From NCBI GenBank assembly GCA_964429995.1, contig CAYSDY010000005.1, positions 20,930 to 32,000 of the forward strand: a stretch of DNA of 11,071 bases. The letters are read 5' to 3'. Position 1 is the stretch's first letter. Each line of letters opens with the position of its first letter. The position numbers and the translations under genes are program-made. Positions 1-7,100 of this stretch are shown here, one piece after another. The notes beneath the pieces were generated by a model that worked only from the letters and a program-made list of their open reading frames with translations, was not told the DNA's origin and did no database searches. This DNA comes from an uncultured Methanosarcinales archaeon (GTDB taxonomy: Archaea; Nanobdellota; Nanobdellia; Woesearchaeales; UBA583).

Positions 1-55
1 AATGGAGTAGGTCGTTTTGCCGGAAGCAATCCCTACGATTTAACACCAAGCGATG
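1..55. repeat. Copy 1 of a 55-nt perfect direct repeat (partner at 538..592)
   Basis: aatggagtaggtcgttttgccggaagcaatccctacgatttaacaccaagcgatg is identical at both sites and encodes NGVGRFAGSNPYDLTPSD in the same frame. The two copies diverge at nt 56 versus 593. The repeat may extend left of the window. Confidence 0.95.
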
Positions 56-1083
56 AGATTTTAGATGTATATGGAGACTTAGAAGTATACAGATCTTCCA
101 GTCATAACTTAAGTGTAAAAGATGTTTTTAACTACAAGAGCGACATTTTAAGTATACATGCCGGTAATTACTTTTCGTTCAACAACAGCAAGATAGGTTT
201 TTTGCTTAACGAGAACTTTCTTGTTAATAGTTCCTACTTTGAAGTTTTATACGGTGATAGTTTCTACTTTAAGAATTATCAGGGCAAAATCTTTGGAATC
301 AATAACAGTGTGGGTATAGGCAGTACATATTCTAATACCATACCATTATCCAACAACAGCTTATACGTTGAAGGTGACATAGGCATACGAACACTCAATC
401 CAGGCAATGAATTATCTGTAAATGGAAGCGTAAGCATAGGAAGCACATATGCTCAAGTAAGTGCAGAATCCAATAGCCTTATTGTAGAAAACAAAATAGG
501 TATCAATACAAGTAATCCAACAGTTGCTTTAGATGTTAATGGAGTAGGTCGTTTTGCCGGAAGCAATCCCTACGATTTAACACCAAGCGATGGAGTGGTA
601 CATGTGTTAGGAGATGTTCATGCAACTGGTGAATTAATTGCAGATGGTGCAGATCTTGCAGAAAAATACTTATCAGATTCAAATGAAGAATTTTCTGCTG
701 GTGATGTTGTTGTCATATCCAAAACACAAGATGATTCAATAGAAAAAAGCACTTATTCATATCAAAAAGTTTTAGGAGTTATATCAACTAAACCTGGTTT
801 GGTTATAAACGGTAACGAAGAAAATGGTCATCTTGTTGCACTTGTAGGAAAAGTTCCAACTAAAGTAATTGTTGATGAATCAAATCCTATAAAAAGAGGT
901 GATAGGTTAGTTGCATCTGATATAAAAGGGCATGCAAAAAAATGTGAACTTATAAATCCATCACAATCATCACTACCAATAGAAGAGGTAATATATAACA
1001 ACCAATTATGTATTGATGGAACTATAGGTTACGCTTTACAGCAGACAGATAAAACAGGTAAAATATTAATAGTTTTAAAATAA
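1..1083 (+). CDS. Tail-fibre-like beta-helical repeat surface protein, 5'-truncated by the window edge (361 codons visible)
   Basis: Frame 1 is open from nt 1, with no stop before the TTG at 202 that the ORF track used as a start. Stop is TAA at 1081-1083. It has degenerate fibre-type repeats (V/I)GI(G/N)(S/T)xxPxxxLxVxG, e.g. NSVGIGSTYSN, GDIGIRTLNPGNELSVNG, NKIGINTSNPTVALDVNG. The C-terminal ~150 aa form a non-repetitive part beginning ADGADLAEKY. A 5-nt gap to the next gene suggests an operon. Confidence 0.8.
   Translation, partial: NGVGRFAGSNPYDLTPSDEILDVYGDLEVYRSSSHNLSVKDVFNYKSDILSIHAGNYFSFNNSKIGFLLNENFLVNSSYFEVLYGDSFYFKNYQGKIFGINNSVGIGSTYSNTIPLSNNSLYVEGDIGIRTLNPGNELSVNGSVSIGSTYAQVSAESNSLIVENKIGINTSNPTVALDVNGVGRFAGSNPYDLTPSDGVVHVLGDVHATGELIADGADLAEKYLSDSNEEFSAGDVVVISKTQDDSIEKSTYSYQKVLGVISTKPGLVINGNEENGHLVALVGKVPTKVIVDESNPIKRGDRLVASDIKGHAKKCELINPSQSSLPIEEVIYNNQLCIDGTIGYALQQTDKTGKILIVLK
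538..592. repeat. Copy 2 of the 55-nt perfect direct repeat
   Basis: Exact match to 1..55. The offset is 537 nt, which equals 179 codons and is therefore in frame. Confidence 0.95.
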
Positions 1084-1088
1084 AAAGA

Positions 1089-2849
1089 ATGGTAGAAAAA
1101 AAAATAAAAATGAAAAAAGGCTTTAGCGGAAAACAAATGATAAATATCTTAACAATTTTAATGTTTTTATTTGTGTTTGCAACATCTTTTACATATGCAG
1201 TAACACAGATAAATCCATACGAAAATTTTAGGTATAGAAACTTAATCAGTCTAAATCAAGTTATTAATGAATCAAACAGAGATTACTATGATTTTGTTGT
1301 AAATATTGACACAAAAACTTTGATAAGTTTGGGTAAAATGAAGAGTGATTGTTCAGATATTCGTTTTAGTGATAATGATGGAGTAACTTTACTAAACTAC
1401 AATCTAAATGCTTTCACATGTAACACAAATTCTACTTATTTTAAGGCAAGAGTTCCTAAAAAAGAGATTTCAACAGAAAACTTAACAGATGAATATCACA
1501 TATATGCATACTTTGGAAATCCAACAATGAACAGTGATTTAAACAATAGTATTGGAGTTACAAATGGATTAAGCCCTGGATTTTTAACAGAAAGTGTTTA
1601 TTCAACATATCATAGATGTTATATTGATAAAATTGGAGATGTTTATTGTGTAGGTGATAATACATATGGTCAACTGGGAGATGGAACAGCAACAGTAAGG
1701 TATAGTCCTGTAAAGGTTGTTGGCTTAGATGGTGCTACAATTCAAGTTGTGGTAAATAATGTTGCAACATGTGCTTTATTACAAAATGGTTCAGTTTATT
1801 GTTGGGGATATGGAGGAAATGGGCAATTGGGAAATGGAGGTTCTACAACATATTATACTCCTGTAAAAGCTTCAATAGATAATGTTACACAACTAGCAGG
1901 AAATGGTGTTCAAGCATTTTGTGGGTTAAAATCAGATGGTAAACTTTATTGTTGGGGATATGGTCCATACGGTGATATAGGTGATGGATTGGCTGCGACA
2001 AGTACATTGAATCCTACTTTAGTAAGCGAAGGTGCTGGTTTAATACAGGGAGATATTGGATTTGTTACAGGTGGTTATTATTCTTTTTGTGCGATCACAA
2101 AATCTACAAAAAAAGCATTTTGCTGGGGTTATGAACAATATGGTCAACTTGGAGATGGTATAGGATCAAGGGCAACTGTTCCTAGCAAAGTTGCAACGCC
2201 TGAATTTTCAGAAGATGCTGTTTATATAGCACCGATTCATTTTGGATATTGTGGAATAAAGTCAGACGGTTCACTTTATTGTTGGGGTTATGGGGGATAT
2301 TATCTTACAGGATTGGGAAGTGCTAACAATTATAATTATCCAGTAGATACTGGGTTAGATAATGTAGTTCAGGTTCTTGGTTCATCAGATCAGTCCGCAA
2401 CATGTGCCATAACAAAAAATATGCAGATGTATTGTTGGGGACATAGTCAGACAATTCCTGGATGGGATCCTGGTTATGGATATTTAACAACACCTGTACT
2501 CATAACAGAATATGGTGAAGGTTTAGATAATCCTATTGCACTTGGTTCTTCTTATGGTGCATTTTGCGGAGTTAATAAGAATTTAAGTGTTTATTGCTGG
2601 GGTTTTTATAATGCTTATGGAACGATGGGTATAGGTAACATAACAGTATATCCAAATCCAAAATACATAAATAGTTTATCAGCTGGCTACATTCATAACA
2701 AAAAACCAACATCAGATACATCAACATTACAGATACCAGATTTACAGTCTCAATACTATATGTCAGACTCTATAAACATATCAATTCAGCCAGAACAAAC
2801 ATGGATTAGCATAGGCAATATGGATGTTTCAAACATTCAGATAAAATAA
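1089..2849 (+). CDS. Secreted DUF2341-domain + seven-blade RCC1-like beta-propeller protein (586 aa)
   Basis: The N-terminal signal peptide or anchor is KKGFSGKQMINILTILMFLFVFATSFTYA. A DUF2341-like block follows (FRYRNLISL...DYYDFVVNI...DCSDIRFSDNDGVTLLNYNL...TYFKARVPK...IYAYFGNP). After that come seven repeats of C-x9-10-(Y/F)C(W/V)G-x4-5-G(Q)LG(D/N)G. The ORF is long and starts 5 nt after the previous stop. Confidence 0.88.
   Translation: MVEKKIKMKKGFSGKQMINILTILMFLFVFATSFTYAVTQINPYENFRYRNLISLNQVINESNRDYYDFVVNIDTKTLISLGKMKSDCSDIRFSDNDGVTLLNYNLNAFTCNTNSTYFKARVPKKEISTENLTDEYHIYAYFGNPTMNSDLNNSIGVTNGLSPGFLTESVYSTYHRCYIDKIGDVYCVGDNTYGQLGDGTATVRYSPVKVVGLDGATIQVVVNNVATCALLQNGSVYCWGYGGNGQLGNGGSTTYYTPVKASIDNVTQLAGNGVQAFCGLKSDGKLYCWGYGPYGDIGDGLAATSTLNPTLVSEGAGLIQGDIGFVTGGYYSFCAITKSTKKAFCWGYEQYGQLGDGIGSRATVPSKVATPEFSEDAVYIAPIHFGYCGIKSDGSLYCWGYGGYYLTGLGSANNYNYPVDTGLDNVVQVLGSSDQSATCAITKNMQMYCWGHSQTIPGWDPGYGYLTTPVLITEYGEGLDNPIALGSSYGAFCGVNKNLSVYCWGFYNAYGTMGIGNITVYPNPKYINSLSAGYIHNKKPTSDTSTLQIPDLQSQYYMSDSINISIQPEQTWISIGNMDVSNIQIK
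1224..1526 (+). other. DUF2341-like domain (aa ~46-146 of the 586-aa protein)
   Basis: Motif order YRxxI...DFxVxI...DIRFxDxDG..L.Y......(V/F)xxxVP.....I..Y(Y/F)GNP matches my recollection of the Pfam DUF2341 signature. Confidence 0.65.
1602..2663 (+). repeat. Seven protein-level RCC1-like repeats (blades), period ~50-56 aa
   Basis: VYCVGDNTYGQLGDG, VYCWGYGGNGQLGNG, LYCWGYGPYGDIGDG, AFCWGYEQYGQLGDG, LYCWGYGGYYLTGLG, MYCWGHSQT, VYCWGFYNAYGTMGIG. The recurring nucleotide core is tattg(t/c)tgggg. Confidence 0.85.
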
Positions 2850-2853
2850 AAAA

Positions 2854-3663
2854 ATGGATAAAAAAAAATATATAAAACTATCAATCTTATTATTGGTTTT
2901 GTCAGGTTTAGTATTTTTAGCATACTACTACATGCCAAATATAAACAGAGTTGTTGTACCCATGCAATTAGTTGAAGTTTCAGTTCTTCCAACTGATGTA
3001 GATTATTTAAAATCAAGAGAAGAAGAACAGACTGCACTTGAAAATGCAGGTTCTGATTCAAAAAAGATTGATTTGCATTTATCTTTTGCAGAAAAAAGAC
3101 TATCTGAATCATTGCAAATGAAAAAACTTGGAAGAACCAAAGAACACTACGATACTTTTAGAGATTACACAAATGAACTTACATACGCATCCTCATATAT
3201 GACAAAAACAGAAGACATTATAAGTATGCTAAATAAACATTCTAAGATAATATTAGACTACGAAATAGATCTAGAAACAAAATCTAATGTGTTATCAATT
3301 ATAAACAACCAGTTATCATACATTGCAAAAGAAGAGAAAAATCCTGAAAAAGAATTCAAACTTTATACATCCATCTTGCAAAAACAAATAGAAATCATGA
3401 ATAAATTGATTGATGATAAAGTTGCAGAGAATGATTTTTATTCTTTTGCAAGATTATATAGCCAAAGACAGCAAAACATTAAGTTCTTAGTTGTTGATAA
3501 TTCACAAAATACAGCATTTATAGGCAAAATAAAAGATGAAATAGGATCACAGAGTAATCAGCTTGAAAAACTTATTGCTAAAGCTCCAACAGATGGCATA
3601 AAACAATCTTTGACAATGCTTTTAAATGAGAACAAGATGATGTTTGCTCCTTTGGATGCGTAA
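2854..3663 (+). CDS. N-terminally membrane-anchored, predominantly alpha-helical protein (269 aa), function unknown
   Basis: A single N-terminal TM is present (KKKYIKLSILLLVLSGLVFLAYYY). The remainder is K/E/L/I/N-rich with a helical or coiled-coil character. The segment LHLSFAEKRLSES resembles the helical DUF5667-type motif from memory. A 4-nt gap to the upstream gene suggests an operon. Confidence 0.75.
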   Translation: MDKKKYIKLSILLLVLSGLVFLAYYYMPNINRVVVPMQLVEVSVLPTDVDYLKSREEEQTALENAGSDSKKIDLHLSFAEKRLSESLQMKKLGRTKEHYDTFRDYTNELTYASSYMTKTEDIISMLNKHSKIILDYEIDLETKSNVLSIINNQLSYIAKEEKNPEKEFKLYTSILQKQIEIMNKLIDDKVAENDFYSFARLYSQRQQNIKFLVVDNSQNTAFIGKIKDEIGSQSNQLEKLIAKAPTDGIKQSLTMLLNENKMMFAPLDA

Positions 3664-3707
3664 AATAAAAAAAAACACACCATTTTAAAGATAACCACAA
3701 CAATCAC

Positions 3708-3722
3708 TTATTTTTAAATTTT
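3708..3722 (+). terminator. Candidate archaeal oligo-T terminator for the <1..3663 operon
   Basis: ttatttttaaatttt contains T5 and T4 tracts 45-60 nt downstream of the stop at 3663. Archaeal termination typically occurs at oligo-T runs. Confidence 0.3.
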
Positions 3723-3726
3723 AACA

Positions 3727-3739
3727 AATATTTAAAAAC
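3727..3739 (+). promoter_or_regulatory. Candidate TATA box for the 3764..4141 gene
   Basis: aaatatttaaaaa is centred about 30 nt upstream of the ATG at 3764. No Shine-Dalgarno lies between them, which is consistent with a leaderless or very short-leader archaeal transcript. Confidence 0.35.
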
Positions 3740-3763
3740 AGCAAGTACTCAATAATCTTAATA

Positions 3764-4141
3764 ATGCCAAATAAAAAATCTTTTGTGCCATCAATTGTTG
3801 CAGTATTGCTTGTTTTTACAACAATTGTATCTTTTATCATACTTATGGGATGGCATCTATCACTTATAGATGGGATAAGTTATGAATTAAAACACAAGAC
3901 AAGATTAGACAATATGCAGATATTAGGTTTTAATGATAGTTCTATTCTTCTTGTTAATGTAAGAGAATTAGAATTTGAGCCAACACTCCTTAAAATCAAC
4001 AACAACACATGTCCTCTAAATCCTTCAAAATACAGATTAGGGATAAATGCAATAAATCTTAGTGCGTGTCTTGAATCAGGTTATAATGATATATTCTTAA
4101 CTGATGGCAAAAACACATACACATACAGCACATACAGATAA
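3764..4141 (+). CDS. Small N-terminally anchored protein (125 aa), possible class III signal peptide / pilin-like
   Basis: MPNKKS followed by a 23-aa hydrophobic segment, FVPSIVAVLLVFTTIVSFIILMG. This is followed by a ~90-aa beta-rich body with two Cys (NNTCPLNP...LSACLESG). It appears to have its own promoter-like box. Confidence 0.7.
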   Translation: MPNKKSFVPSIVAVLLVFTTIVSFIILMGWHLSLIDGISYELKHKTRLDNMQILGFNDSSILLVNVRELEFEPTLLKINNNTCPLNPSKYRLGINAINLSACLESGYNDIFLTDGKNTYTYSTYR

Positions 4142-7100
4142 TTAAAGTATCATATCAAGTTTTTCAACTATTGTTTTTCTGTTATATATTTCTGACTTAC
4201 TTCCTAAAAATATTTTATATCTTTTCTGAACCTGATATGATGTTGTTACTATGTAAAATTTATCATATTTAAGTTTTAGGTTATGAAGTTTTAATAATAG
4301 TGATTTTTTCCTAAATTTAAACATTTTTCCTGTTTCAATTTCTATTGCAATCAGTCTTTTTGATTTATCATAAAATATAATATCAGCATCTTTTACAACA
4401 TTAACATCAACTTTGTATCCTTTATTTTGTATGTACTCTCTTAATTGTTCAACAAGAAACGTATGTTCAATTGATTCAACATTATTAGTTTTAACAAAAT
4501 ATTCTTTATACCTTCTATCATTTAAGCCTACAAAATTACCAATTCCAAACCCTGTTGACATAAGATAATTCTTTTCTTCACATGTTAACATAAGACTTTC
4601 AAAAACATTTTTAGAAGTGTCAATCTTGATTTTACAGTCTTCTTTTCTACTTAATGGGTATTTTTTAGAATAGAACTTTTCATTAGGGTTTGTTGTAATA
4701 ATCCTGTGTTCATTTTCACTTGCAATTATGTTTAATGCTTCATGTCTGTTGTCAAGTATTAATATTCCTTGTCCAACATCAGCCATTTTAAGTATATTAC
4801 ATTCCTTTTCAGATAAATTAAACATTTTTGATAACATCTCAATTCCTGCACTTTTCTGTTTTAAAAGTACTGTATATGAGATATTTGTAATTATTGCTCT
4901 AGCATTGTATGAATTTATCAAATCTTCTAAATCCTGAGTTACAAGCAATATTCCAAGATTAAATTTTCTACATGTTTTAACTATTTCAAATATATAATTA
5001 GCATCAGAGCTGTTATTTATCAAAAGCCATGCCTCATCAATAAGAAGTATTTTTTTAACTGATGAATTTTTTTTCATTCTTGTATATATCTCTTCAAGTA
5101 TTATAAACATCATAACAGGTTTAAGTTGCTTATGAATTTTGGATATATCAAAATTAATCCATGCCTCATCACTTATATTTACAGAAGTTTGAGCATTTAA
5201 AAATGAAAAAACACCATATACATATATGTATAATCTGTTTATCAGCGATTCGTAACTATATTGCTCCATTTTTGATGCCTTTTTATAATTTTTTTCAAGT
5301 ATTTTATACAAATCTTCAAGAATAGGCATTTTCTTTGATTCATAACTTTCATCAAATATTCCATACAAATCATATACCTCTTTTAAGTTTTTATCAAGAA
5401 CAGTTCTTTGTGCAAATGTAAGTTCACCAAGCATTATTGCAAATAATTCAAGTAATGACATTCTTTTCTGCATATATGTCTGGCTTAACAAATCAAGCGG
5501 ATTAATTATAGATTTTTTTTCTTTTGATATTTCAATATTTTTACCCTTAGCATACTCTGTTATTCCCATGTATTCTCCTTGTGGATCTATTATTATGATA
5601 TTTGTTCCCATCATAAAATTTCTTAAAAGAAATAGTTTTGAAAAATAGCTTTTTCCTCCCCCAGAAGTTGAAAGAATCAATCCATTTGCATTTGGCAATT
5701 TAAAAACATCTCTTATTATTGGAATCATGTTGCTATTAACTCCAAATAGGCTACCATATTCATCGTTTTCCATAAACCTGCTTGTAAAAGGGAAAAATGC
5801 ACTAAGAGCTCTTGAAGTAATATTTTTCTTATTATTTTTTACAGGGTTATGTCTTATAGGAGAATTGATTTTATAATTTTCAGCCTGTCTAAACTTTTCA
5901 ACATCACAAAGCAACATTACAGAGTTTAAGCTTGTTATCACCTTTTCTGTAAGATAATCCATTTCACTTTTTTTATCTGAATGTATGCTAAATGAAAGTG
6001 TAATATTAAAAAGCCTCTCATCACCTTTTTGCAGGCTTTCTAATACATTTAATGTGTCATTATGCTGAATTTGTAAGGATGGATTAATTGAATTATTCAA
6101 AGTATATGCATAAAGGTCAGCCCTTTGTTTTATTATTTGCCTGTTAAGCATTATCATAACATCTTCAATTTTAAAGGGTTCTATGTGAAAAGACATATCA
6201 ATATTTTCATTGTTTGCAATTATTGTTGATATGAATCCAGGCTCAACACTTCTGGGGTACCCTTTTACAATCACTGTTCTGTAAAATCTATTATCAATCT
6301 TTATGTAATCAAGTCTGCCAGTTATCTTTAAAGGCCCAGTAAAATGAGTTATAGCCTGTTTGTTCTCAAATCCAGATTTTTTATCAGAATCAAAATCATA
6401 ATGCATATTTGTTTTATTTTCCCTATTATAGAATTTTCTGTAAAAATATATCAATTCATCATTTTTTAAAAGATATGGCTTAATCTGAAGGTTTTTAAGA
6501 TTATCACTAAATATTAAGGATTCTACATCAATATTTCTAAATTCCTCAAGTATTACAAAAAATTCCTTATTTCTTAGATGATTTTTTTTTATATAATCAT
6601 CAAGAAAAACCCTATAAGAACTGCAAAGTTGTGCATAGTCTGCAATGTTTTGATTAATTTTATGGTTTTGCCTTGTAAAATCTAAAACGAGTGAGTCAGT
6701 TAGAACAACTATTTGAATGCTATTGTTAAGCGAATTTAGAAGTTTTTCAAAGCATTTTAATGTATCCTTTTTAGATTCATCATTAAGAATATCAAAATCA
6801 ATAGGCATAACTTTAAACACGCATATTCTTTTTTCTTTTTTTACTCCACTTGTTTTGTTTTGCAATATAGTAATTTTATAATCATCAATTCTGCTTATAG
6901 GTATAAGATCATTCATATCATCACTATCCTGCTCTATTACAATATTTCTAAGAAAAAAAAACATATACTTGCAAAACTGCATCATATCAAAAAATGCAAA
7001 ACCTATCATCATTGTAACAAGCAATGGAACCAAAAACCAATATACAAATATAATATTAAGATTGCTTTTTATTGCTAAAATCATAAAAGGCATAAAAATA

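Noticed and set aside
1-592. The 55-nt repeat as a diversity-generating retroelement TR/VR pair
   Set aside because: The repeat is perfect with no adenine-specific mismatches. The divergence after it is not restricted to A positions. No reverse transcriptase is present in the window.
202-1083. TTG at 202 as the start of the first CDS (the ORF track's 293-aa model)
   Set aside because: The same frame is open all the way to nt 1 and continues the same fibre-type repeats, including an exact copy of an internal 18-aa segment. The gene is therefore simply truncated by the window.
2837-3112. 91-aa minus-strand ORF
   Set aside because: It is entirely antisense to the 3' end of the propeller gene and the 5' end of the 2854..3663 gene. 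Its low-complexity I/L/F/Q composition is typical of antisense frames in AT-rich DNA, and it has no start context.
4728-4937. 69-aa plus-strand ORF inside the ATPase gene
   Set aside because: It lies antisense to a region of the VirB4-like CDS that carries conserved motifs, and it has no independent support.
5159-5170. Second DEAW (SDEAWINF, aa 671-678) encoded by the same 13-nt string ccatgcctcatca as the Walker B DEAW
   Set aside because: It is not preceded by a hydrophobic beta-strand, so it is not a Walker B. A single 13-nt coincidence in 11 kb is not statistically compelling.
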